From positions 35,694-99,693 of IMG/VR virus record IMGVR_UViG_3300023223_001973: DNA of 64,000 bases, one strand, 5' to 3'. This document shows, piece after piece, positions 26,828 through 34,840 of the stretch. The position numbers and the translations under genes were made by a program. Below the pieces are notes generated by a model. The model was not told the DNA's origin, made no database searches, and worked only from the letters and a program-made list of their open reading frames with translations. The number at the start of each line of letters is the position of its first letter. Within the stretch, counting starts at the first letter, position 1. Origin of the DNA: a virus.

Positions 26828-28114
26828 ATGTCGGACAAGAATCCTAACCTTGGTTTCCAGGGCTTGCTTGAGTCCATGAATGCTGTGGAGCTCAATGAAG
26901 AGACTCTCCCTGTGGAAGAGGCCCGTATTAATGAAGTCTTAACTTCTGATGAGCGGAAAGCTATTAATGATTGGCTTGAGCCTTATGACGCTCGGTTGAT
27001 GCCGCATGACTCCTCCGCTGAAGATGATGTGATGATCTCAACTAAGCGTCTTGAGAGTCCTGAGCAGTTTTCTAAGCTCCAGAGTGAGGCTGCGAAACGC
27101 TGGCCTCGCTTTGAATGGGATCAGGGTGGAGATTTCTTAGTGGGTAATGTGAAGGAATCCCGCGTTGATGAGGCTGTCCGTCAGCGTCGTAAGTGGTATC
27201 CTGATGGTACTGTTGAGGAAGAGATTGAGTGGGATGAGGACCACCATATGGCTGCTATGGCTGATGGTGCTAAGCTCCCTGAGAGTCTCGTGAAGGAGAA
27301 CGCTGAGGAGCTGATCGCCAAGTTCGTCCAGTCCGAGCATAAGAAGGACAAGGATCGTTATACCGTTGAGTATGGTGGTCAAACCTACACTGGCGAGAGT
27401 GTTGATGATCTCATCGAGCAGCTGACCTCTAAGGGTCCTGACGAGTCCAAGGTGGAGGAGAATGAGGAATATGATCCTAAGCAAACTCGGGGGGCAAATG
27501 CCGCTAATTGGATTAGGAACCGTTCTCGCGAGACAGGTGGGTGGGTCAATATCCCTTGGGGTGAAGGTGTTCGCTTTGGTTTGACCGATGTTGTTAAGGA
27601 TCAGGTTCCTGAGGGGGAGAAGATTGTTGGTGATCCTTCACAAGAGTGGATTCTTAATCAACCAGATGCTGAGTATGGTGATTATATGTATGAGCCTCCT
27701 CAGACTTTAACAGGGATTTATCTTCCTTATTTGGATGATTTTCAGGGAGATCCTTCTTTTGAGGAGATGATGACTGCCTTGAAAAGGGCAAATGAGAGTC
27801 AGGTAATTGAGCAAGGACCAGGAAGGAGGGGTGGCCCTGGGAGCACTCCTATAGTTCAGGTACCATTTGGTGCTGGTAGTGGCCCTGGAAGGAAAGATGG
27901 TCTGTTGTCGATCTCTGTTGTTAATGACGCTGATCCTCCTGAGTCCTGGCAATGGAACCTGAACATTTTGGTATCTACTGGCGATAGTGTTGAGTTGACG
28001 GGCGTGACTCCGGATTCGATTGAGACATTGATGATTCAGCTTGGACAGGCTAAGGATGAGCTTGCTAAGCAGCCTCCCTTTAAGGACAAGGACGAGTCTC
28101 TCGACTATGCTTAA
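26828..28114 (+). CDS. second modular acidic polyprotein (candidate internal protein)
   Basis: GFQGLLESMNAVELNE leader; EARINE, ESRVDE, ESLVKE, ESKVEE and ESQVIE junctions. Confidence 0.7.
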   Translation: MSDKNPNLGFQGLLESMNAVELNEETLPVEEARINEVLTSDERKAINDWLEPYDARLMPHDSSAEDDVMISTKRLESPEQFSKLQSEAAKRWPRFEWDQGGDFLVGNVKESRVDEAVRQRRKWYPDGTVEEEIEWDEDHHMAAMADGAKLPESLVKENAEELIAKFVQSEHKKDKDRYTVEYGGQTYTGESVDDLIEQLTSKGPDESKVEENEEYDPKQTRGANAANWIRNRSRETGGWVNIPWGEGVRFGLTDVVKDQVPEGEKIVGDPSQEWILNQPDAEYGDYMYEPPQTLTGIYLPYLDDFQGDPSFEEMMTALKRANESQVIEQGPGRRGGPGSTPIVQVPFGAGSGPGRKDGLLSISVVNDADPPESWQWNLNILVSTGDSVELTGVTPDSIETLMIQLGQAKDELAKQPPFKDKDESLDYA

Positions 28115-28538
28115 AGATCTTCTCGAAAGACTGACTGAGCAGGAGGAGCCTGTACAAGAACATCTCCCCAAGGCTTGGGGTATTCTATACGCCAACCCCA
28201 ATCCTGATGACTCTCGCAAGCAGTGCCTTAACTGTATAATGTGGTCTAGGGACAACCGTTGCAGCATTCATGAGTCTGATGAGGAGACTACAGAGGATCA
28301 CACCTGTGGGTACCATGTATATGGTAATCCCATGGAGGAGAGGATGGTCCATGAGGGTATGGATGCTGTAACTCCAGACCTGTCTGGCCTTGAACTCATT
28401 CCTGGTGGTACCAGCTGCGACATCTGTGAGTACTATGTGGAGGACTCTTCAACATGCCGTGTGGCTGTTGGAGATGATGGCAAACACTTGCAGGTAGCCC
28501 CCAAGGGTTGTTGTGCACGATGGGATGCTAAGGAGTAG
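28107..28538 (+). CDS. leader-tagged Cys-rich protein with two HiPIP-like repeats
   Basis: MLKDLLERLTE; CLNC..W...C...C and CDIC..Y...C...VAPKGCCARW. Confidence 0.6.
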   Translation: MLKDLLERLTEQEEPVQEHLPKAWGILYANPNPDDSRKQCLNCIMWSRDNRCSIHESDEETTEDHTCGYHVYGNPMEERMVHEGMDAVTPDLSGLELIPGGTSCDICEYYVEDSSTCRVAVGDDGKHLQVAPKGCCARWDAKE

Positions 28539-28540
28539 TA

Positions 28541-29005
28541 GTGTCACGTCTTATCCCACAACAGACCATTGATACCCTTCGCCAGTACTCTACCATCGCG
28601 GTAGACTTGTATGGCATTGACTGCGATCTCTTCATTCCTAAGACTGAGCACCTGGAGATGCAGGAGGAGCTTGATATCTATGATGAGAAACCTGCAGGTG
28701 ATGATGGACTGAAGTATGACTACCACCAGACGACCGTCTATATTGATTGGGCACCCAATATCTATAGGCTTCGTGCCCTTGGCATCTTTGTTGAGGATCA
28801 GAAGCCTATTCTGGCCTGGTTCGACCCTCAGCTTATAGTCCCCAGGAAGTCATACTTCCGGATTAAGCTTGAGTTCCTTCCTAAGGATAGGTTCGCTACT
28901 AATGAGTTTGAGGTTGTAGAGAATGTTATTAAGGCATTGCATGATGCCAGTGTCGTCAATGCCTGGCTGATTGCCCCACGCCGCAAAGAAAAGACCAATC
29001 CGTAG
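28541..29005 (+). CDS. neck/head-closure protein (T4 gp14-like)
   Basis: AVDLYGIDCDLFIPK motif, size and position. Confidence 0.65.
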   Translation: MSRLIPQQTIDTLRQYSTIAVDLYGIDCDLFIPKTEHLEMQEELDIYDEKPAGDDGLKYDYHQTTVYIDWAPNIYRLRALGIFVEDQKPILAWFDPQLIVPRKSYFRIKLEFLPKDRFATNEFEVVENVIKALHDASVVNAWLIAPRRKEKTNP

Positions 29006-29094
29006 ATCACCAACCCAGACAGTCTAGACTGGTGAATTAGGTAAGGATGCATTCAGCTTCTGAGCCTATGTTCTCCTGATAAGGTGTCTGAACT

Positions 29095-30171
29095 GTGACC
29101 GGTCTGCTTGAAAAGCCTCTTCGTTATCATCAGCTTGATCCAGGCAATGTTGTGGCTTTGGATCGAACTTATGTTGTGATGAATGAGGTCGATGGGAGCA
29201 AGATTCTTGTGTCCGCATCAGGCCCTGTCTTGAGGCTAGCCCCAAACGGGTGTCTCTATCGCGGCTCTGAGGTGATTGATCTGGATGAGTCCGCGGTCAG
29301 TTTTCCTCGTCCTACGCTGTCTCCCCTAGTCTGGGACAAGATGGATGATGGCGTCTATGAGCTTAAGCCTGATGTTCGTGGTTCTATTATGAAGAGGCTT
29401 GAGGCCTATCCAGGCTTTAACCTAGTGGATGCCGCTGAGGAGATCCATATTGTAGGAAGTATCGGAACCAACCAGTATGATGATGACTCCGATATTGATG
29501 TCCACGTGGTACCCCGCCTTGATGCCCTTCCTGATAATATGTCTCCTGAAGACTGGGTTACTGATGTTAAGCGCTTTAACCGAGTGGGTTTAACCCATAT
29601 TGGAGACCATCCTATTGAGCTGTATCTTCAGCTTGATAAGAGTCAGGACTTCCTGTCAGATGCTGTCTACGATTTTGATGACAGTGTTTGGAGGGTAGGA
29701 CCTCTTCTTCAGCCTCTGGACTTTGATCCATTTGAGGCTTATGGAGAGGCATATGACTCTATCAAGGAACTGGCTAGGGATACTGATGTTGCTCTTGGTG
29801 AACTGAAGCGTGATGTCATCGATTACCAGGTTGTGCGTGCTGCTATCTTCGAACTCCCACCTGAATATCATTCTAAGCTGCGTGATCGTCTTCAACAGAA
29901 GCTTGATGAGGTAGAGGCGAGTATTGATGAACTCCTGAAGGACAAGAAGGAGTGGATCGAGATGCGTCGTAATGCTTCCAAGCCTCTTACCAAGTCGCAG
30001 GCTATCCAGGATGTGGAGCTGGTCAGGAATTGGAAGGATAAGAATGCAAGGTTTAAGTTCCTGGTTCGCTTCGGCTATGTTAAGCTCATTACTGAGCTTG
30101 AACGCATGATTGAGGACAAAGAGCTGGATGACAGTGAGATAGGTGCTATCCAGCATTTAGTGGGGGTGTAA
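29095..30171 (+). CDS. Pol-beta-superfamily nucleotidyltransferase with C-terminal coiled coil
   Basis: IHIVGSIGTNQYDDDSDIDVHV (hG[S]...DxD) and HPIELY; start uncertain. Confidence 0.8.
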   Translation: MTGLLEKPLRYHQLDPGNVVALDRTYVVMNEVDGSKILVSASGPVLRLAPNGCLYRGSEVIDLDESAVSFPRPTLSPLVWDKMDDGVYELKPDVRGSIMKRLEAYPGFNLVDAAEEIHIVGSIGTNQYDDDSDIDVHVVPRLDALPDNMSPEDWVTDVKRFNRVGLTHIGDHPIELYLQLDKSQDFLSDAVYDFDDSVWRVGPLLQPLDFDPFEAYGEAYDSIKELARDTDVALGELKRDVIDYQVVRAAIFELPPEYHSKLRDRLQQKLDEVEASIDELLKDKKEWIEMRRNASKPLTKSQAIQDVELVRNWKDKNARFKFLVRFGYVKLITELERMIEDKELDDSEIGAIQHLVGV

Positions 30172-30172
30172 C

Positions 30173-30451
30173 ATGGGTGTCAAGGTTACCAAGATGATCA
30201 ACACCAGCCGGCATACGTTGCCTATTATCTTGAAAGGAGGGGAAGCCGTGCAAGTTCCTCCCCGTGGTCAACTGGAGAATGTGGAAGTGGAAAACCTTGA
30301 GAAGAACGAGAAATACTTCCGAGTGCAGCGTGATCTGTCGGAAGTGGGACGGACTCCGCCTCCTGCTCCGTTACAGAACTTGACTGAGGTAGGCAGGAAA
30401 CCACCTCCGGGGGCTAAGCCTGCTCGGAAACGGCGCCGCTTAGACGGTTAG
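30173..30451 (+). CDS. small hypothetical protein with duplicated L[ST]EVGR.PPP motif
   Basis: DLSEVGRTPPP / NLTEVGRKPPP; basic C-terminus. Confidence 0.6.
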   Translation: MGVKVTKMINTSRHTLPIILKGGEAVQVPPRGQLENVEVENLEKNEKYFRVQRDLSEVGRTPPPAPLQNLTEVGRKPPPGAKPARKRRRLDG

Positions 30452-30458
30452 GAGAGGC

Positions 30459-31091
30459 ATGATCGGCCTTACAGATGTAGCAATGGGCCTGTCACTTCTT
30501 AACCGTTTTAAGGATGTAGTGCCGGGTCTGTCTATGGTTAATAGGGACATCGTCTTTGCACCAGAAGACGTTGCTCTACGTGTTCATGCTGAGAGAGTAG
30601 GGGAGGATAACCTTGAGTTCTTGAGCTACTGGCGTGAGGGGACTACGTTCAGCTGGAAGAGGAATCAGTCGGTAGCCGCTAACAAGGGGCTGTTCACTCA
30701 TGTGGAGGATGGAGTCTTCAAAGGATTGTTGGCAGTACCTGTAGACCTGCGTTATCGTGTAGTTTACTGGACCAACAAGAAACGCAGTGCCAATGACTTT
30801 TTCAAGCAATACCTGTTCTGGGTACATGATAATCCTGAGTTATCCTTTAAGATCTTTAAGCAGGAGATTGAGAACTGCCTGGACATGCACTTTGAGGACC
30901 CTACAGAACAGGTCACGGACTGGTTTAAGGACTCTCGCTACTATACAGTTCGTGCTGATATCATGATTGATGGTTACGTGGTGAAGGATACCAGAGACTT
31001 CCAGGTTACCAAAGTTATACTCACTGCTTTCTTAACAGGGGTAGGTGAGGATGTGCAGGCCTTTGTGAGAACGATAACCGAAGGACCCTAG
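30459..31091 (+). CDS. tail terminator / sheath stabiliser (T4 gp15-like)
   Basis: VPVDLRYRVVYWT motif; immediately upstream of the sheath. Confidence 0.6.
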   Translation: MIGLTDVAMGLSLLNRFKDVVPGLSMVNRDIVFAPEDVALRVHAERVGEDNLEFLSYWREGTTFSWKRNQSVAANKGLFTHVEDGVFKGLLAVPVDLRYRVVYWTNKKRSANDFFKQYLFWVHDNPELSFKIFKQEIENCLDMHFEDPTEQVTDWFKDSRYYTVRADIMIDGYVVKDTRDFQVTKVILTAFLTGVGEDVQAFVRTITEGP

Positions 31092-31109
31092 TTTTAGGAG
31101 GTATGACCA

Positions 31110-32672
31110 ATGGGTTTCTACGTATCACCTGGCGTGTTTACAAGAGAGATTGACCTTAGTGACATTGTTCCTAATGTTGCTACGTCAATCATGGCTCTCG
31201 TCGGTGCGCCTAACAGAGGCAACATTGATGAGCCTGTCCTCATCACCAACCTGGAGCAGTTCTACCGGGAGTATGGTGAGCCGGTGGTAGGAAACTACTT
31301 TGGTTATGCAGGCCTTGGTTATCTGACTCATGGTCAGCAGCTCCAAGCTATGCGTGTGGTCAATGGTGCACTGGTTGGTGGTCTTGAGATCAAGGAGGCT
31401 GGCTCCTCTCAGGATAATGCTGCCTTTGTTGTTGGCGAGGCTGACCCCACGACTCATTCCTTCGGTCTGGATGGTCTTTTAGCTATCTTCGCCAAGGACC
31501 CTGGGGTCTGGAATAATGGCCTCAAGATTATCTTGGACAATATCGATACCACGGAGCATACCTTTGACATCTCGGTGTTTGAGGTCAATGTTGACAACGT
31601 GGATGTGCTGAAGGAGAAGTTTACGGGATGCTCCCGTCAGACCAAGTTGGATGGGTTTGGCATCCAGGCCTTTGTCGAGGAGCGGGTTAACGAGTTCAGC
31701 AATTATATCCGGGTGCTGGACAATACCGCCGAGGTTGACACCATCGATCCAAAGGAGCAGGCTACCGCACTGGCTATGGCTGGTGGTACCAACGGTGCTG
31801 CCGTAACGGACGGCATCGTGAACATAGGATGGGATCAGTTTGCCAACCCTGAAGTAATCAACATCAATCTGTTGGTAAGTGGTGTGGCTCCGACGGTGGC
31901 TATCTCTAACAAGATGATTGCCCTTGCTGAGTCCCGGCTGGATTCTATAGCCCTCCTGGATATACCACTTACTGATAATACTGTGACAGAGATGACGACT
32001 TACCGCAGTACCACCCTTAATGCAAATACCAGCTATGCTGCCCTGTACAGTCACTGGATCAAGATATTTGACCAGTGGAATGATCAGGTGGTCACTATTC
32101 CATCTACAGGCTTCGTGGCAGGGCAGTTTGCCTTCAATGACTTCATCAGGGACCCCTGGTTTGCGGCTGCTGGATTCAACAGAGGTCGCTTGAATGTCCA
32201 GGGTGTGAATGTGGTCTTCTCGGAGGGTGACCGTAACACGCTCTATCCTGTTCAGATCAATCCCATCCAGTCCTTTAAGGGTGAGGGTATTGTGATTTGG
32301 GGAACCAGGACTCTCCAGGTCAAGCAGTCTGCTCTCAGCCAGATCAGTATTCGACGGATGCTGATTACTATTGAGAAGTCTGTATCCACGGCTCTCAAGT
32401 TCTTCGTCTTCGAGCCTAACGATGATGCAACTCGCCTGCGGATTACCTCGATGGTTGAGGAGTTCTTAGAAGTGGTCTTGCAGCGTCGTGGTCTGGAGGA
32501 GTTCTCGGTGGTCTGTGATGAGACCAATAATACTCCTGCTGTGAGGGAGAGGGGTGAGCTGCTTGTTGATGTGTTCATCAAGCCTGTCTTCCCTGCAGAG
32601 TTCATTCAGCTCAGTATGATCATCACCCGTCTTGGTGCAAGCTTCGAAGAGACACTTGCTCTGGGAGCATAG
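31110..32672 (+). CDS. tail sheath protein (gp18-like)
   Basis: YVSPGVFTREIDLS, PWFAAAGFNRG, INPI, IWGTRTL, ISIRRMLITIEK, FVFEPND, CDETNNTP. Confidence 0.95.
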   Translation: MGFYVSPGVFTREIDLSDIVPNVATSIMALVGAPNRGNIDEPVLITNLEQFYREYGEPVVGNYFGYAGLGYLTHGQQLQAMRVVNGALVGGLEIKEAGSSQDNAAFVVGEADPTTHSFGLDGLLAIFAKDPGVWNNGLKIILDNIDTTEHTFDISVFEVNVDNVDVLKEKFTGCSRQTKLDGFGIQAFVEERVNEFSNYIRVLDNTAEVDTIDPKEQATALAMAGGTNGAAVTDGIVNIGWDQFANPEVININLLVSGVAPTVAISNKMIALAESRLDSIALLDIPLTDNTVTEMTTYRSTTLNANTSYAALYSHWIKIFDQWNDQVVTIPSTGFVAGQFAFNDFIRDPWFAAAGFNRGRLNVQGVNVVFSEGDRNTLYPVQINPIQSFKGEGIVIWGTRTLQVKQSALSQISIRRMLITIEKSVSTALKFFVFEPNDDATRLRITSMVEEFLEVVLQRRGLEEFSVVCDETNNTPAVRERGELLVDVFIKPVFPAEFIQLSMIITRLGASFEETLALGA

Positions 32673-32702
32673 TTTATCTTTGACGAGTAATGGAGGTCTG
32701 TC

Positions 32703-33257
32703 ATGGGTAGAATGTCAGTTCAGACTCTTAAGGCTAACCTGCAGAACCCTGCCAGGATCTATCTATGGGAGATGTTCATTCCTATCGTTCCTGGTGGTGG
32801 TGACATTGATGCTCTGCGGACTCGCTGCCAGACTTCCGTCATTCCCGGGGTATCAAGTGGAAATATCCACATTGACTACAAGGGCACGGGAGGGTTCAAT
32901 GTGCCTGGTAGACTCCGGTTCCCGCAGACGATTACTCTTGAGTTCCTTGAGGGGGAAGATAGTAAAATCTTCGATACCATCAACAGCTGGCGTCAGCTGA
33001 TCACAGATCACCTCCTTGGTGTTGGTGAACCTGATGTTGTCGTGAAGGTTCCCATGTATCTGAAGCTCATTACCAAGCAGGATACAGAGTGGAATGGTAC
33101 TCTGTTCCAAGGTGCCTGGCCACAGGACCGGGCTGATGTCCCTCTAAATTACACCACAGATGCGGAGGTCAGGTTCTCGGTTACCTTCCAGTATGACTTG
33201 TGGACTCCGATATCCACAGCGGCCGGGGCAGATCAGGTCTCGCGTCTCGTCGTTTAA
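32703..33257 (+). CDS. tail tube protein (gp19-like)
   Basis: After the sheath; CQTSVIPG, GAWP, FSVTFQYD. Confidence 0.85.
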   Translation: MGRMSVQTLKANLQNPARIYLWEMFIPIVPGGGDIDALRTRCQTSVIPGVSSGNIHIDYKGTGGFNVPGRLRFPQTITLEFLEGEDSKIFDTINSWRQLITDHLLGVGEPDVVVKVPMYLKLITKQDTEWNGTLFQGAWPQDRADVPLNYTTDAEVRFSVTFQYDLWTPISTAAGADQVSRLVV

Positions 33258-33275
33258 GAGACATTGGGAGACTTG

Positions 33276-33935
33276 ATGGCCACACTTAGGTCATTATTAG
33301 GTTTAAGTCTGACAGCTAACCTCCAGAGGAACTACCTCTGGGAGGTTACCATGCCTGCCCTCGATCCTCGGGGGAATGCAAGGGCACAACAGGCCTCGTC
33401 AGCGTCTATAGCCACAGCCCTCTTACCTGGTGTCCAAGGTATTCGGCTTGATCCTGGATCTGAATCTAGCAAATATCAGACTCCTCAGACAGCTGAAGAA
33501 GTGAGTATAAGATGTGCCACCGTGGGTGTAGGGGATTATAGGTTTGATGTCCAACCATATCGAATTGGACCTGTTCACCTTAAGTTTGCAGGTCTAGGTA
33601 CCATAGACGTACTTAGATTAACATTCCGTGAGAATGAAGTGGGGATAGTTCGTGGCTACTTTAATGAGTGGCTGAACCAGATGGTTAATGGTGATGGCCT
33701 CTATAGTGAGAAGAATCATTATTCTCGTACGATATCTATTCAACTGCTTAATGTACGAGGTCAGAGGGAGCTACGTCTTGATTGTAGAGGTTGCTTCCCG
33801 CTTGGAAAGCCTAGATTCGACTTAAGCTTTTCTGAAGACAACTATGTTATCCATAGGATAGACTTCGCTGTGGATCGAATTGATCATCAGGAAGCCGAGG
33901 GCTTCCGGTTATTTAGGGCACAGGGAATTCTCTAA
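33276..33935 (+). CDS. tube-fold baseplate/tube initiator (gp54/gp48-like)
   Basis: ANLQRNYLWEV parallels the tube ANLQ...YLWEM; GCFP. Confidence 0.65.
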   Translation: MATLRSLLGLSLTANLQRNYLWEVTMPALDPRGNARAQQASSASIATALLPGVQGIRLDPGSESSKYQTPQTAEEVSIRCATVGVGDYRFDVQPYRIGPVHLKFAGLGTIDVLRLTFRENEVGIVRGYFNEWLNQMVNGDGLYSEKNHYSRTISIQLLNVRGQRELRLDCRGCFPLGKPRFDLSFSEDNYVIHRIDFAVDRIDHQEAEGFRLFRAQGIL

Positions 33936-33951
33936 GTGAAAGGAATGTAAG

Positions 33952-34752
33952 ATGGAGAATGAGGACACTTTCCTCGAGTTGGAGCTGCCTTCTAAGCTGT
34001 TACCCTATCGAGACCTGAAAGTAACCAAGATTGAGGCACGGGTGATGAGGGGGTCAGATGAGAAGATTCTGGCTGAGATGACCTCGGATAACATCGAGCG
34101 TCAGACTCTTACCTTATTGACCCGAATCATACGAGGAATTGATCCTGCTGAGTTAACGCTTGGTGATCGTCTGGTGTGCATGCTCTGGAACACTATTAAC
34201 TCTTATACCAAGGACTATCCGATTGATGGTGCCATGTGTGCTCACTGTCTTAAGAAGAGTGATGGCATCATACTGGACTTACAGGAGCTGGAGACGGTAG
34301 ACCTCCCTGATGACTACCTTGAGCCGTTCCCTGTGGAGTTGCCAGTTTGTGGTCAGAAGGTTATGATGCGGAGCTATCGAATCAAGGATGAGCTCCAGTT
34401 CAATCGGTATGAGAAGAATGCTACGGCTGAGCAGGATGATATCTGGCTCTATAAGCTGGCTCTCAGCATTGTTGATGATAAGACAGTATGGGATAGGGTG
34501 GAGTGGCTGAAGACACAGTCTACTAAGGATCTTGCTATGATGAGGGCCTTTCATGAGAAGTACTCTCATGGAGTGAAGCTTATCTCTAAGTTCACCTGTA
34601 CTCATTGTGAGGAGGAATCTCCGACGGAGGTTCCCTTTCGTCCCCAGTTATTTATTCCGGATGGTGCCACTGTTGCCAGATCTGTTGGAGCGGAACTTCG
34701 CCCTAATGTACCATCTAAAGATCCCAATCCAGTACCTGGAGCAGTTGGATAG
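33952..34752 (+). CDS. baseplate hub assembly / tail chaperone (T4 gp26-like)
   Basis: LELPSK, DEKIL, LTLGDR, CAHC and CTHC Zn pairs. Confidence 0.8.
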   Translation: MENEDTFLELELPSKLLPYRDLKVTKIEARVMRGSDEKILAEMTSDNIERQTLTLLTRIIRGIDPAELTLGDRLVCMLWNTINSYTKDYPIDGAMCAHCLKKSDGIILDLQELETVDLPDDYLEPFPVELPVCGQKVMMRSYRIKDELQFNRYEKNATAEQDDIWLYKLALSIVDDKTVWDRVEWLKTQSTKDLAMMRAFHEKYSHGVKLISKFTCTHCEEESPTEVPFRPQLFIPDGATVARSVGAELRPNVPSKDPNPVPGAVG

Positions 34753-34837
34753 GTCGGAGCTGGCTTGGTACTACAATCGGCTTCATAGGCAGAAGCAGGA
34801 TGAGAAGGAGGCCTCGGATCCTCCTGGAGATTTTTAG
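34661..34837 (+). CDS. gp51-like chaperone, overlapping gp26-like gene in the +1 frame
   Basis: NFALMYHLKIPIQYLEQLDRSELAWYYNRL resembles T4-like gp51; start or frameshift fusion uncertain. Confidence 0.6.
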   Translation: MVPLLPDLLERNFALMYHLKIPIQYLEQLDRSELAWYYNRLHRQKQDEKEASDPPGDF

Positions 34838-34840
34838 TTA

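Noticed and set aside
29006-29094. Possible frameshifted 5' extension of the nucleotidyltransferase
   Set aside because: All upstream frames hit stops within ~30 codons and show no leader motif; only the start codon remains uncertain.
30415-30451. NLS-like PARKRRRL suggesting a eukaryotic virus
   Set aside because: SD sequences, coupled operons and the tailed-phage gene set indicate a prokaryotic host; this is simply a basic tail.
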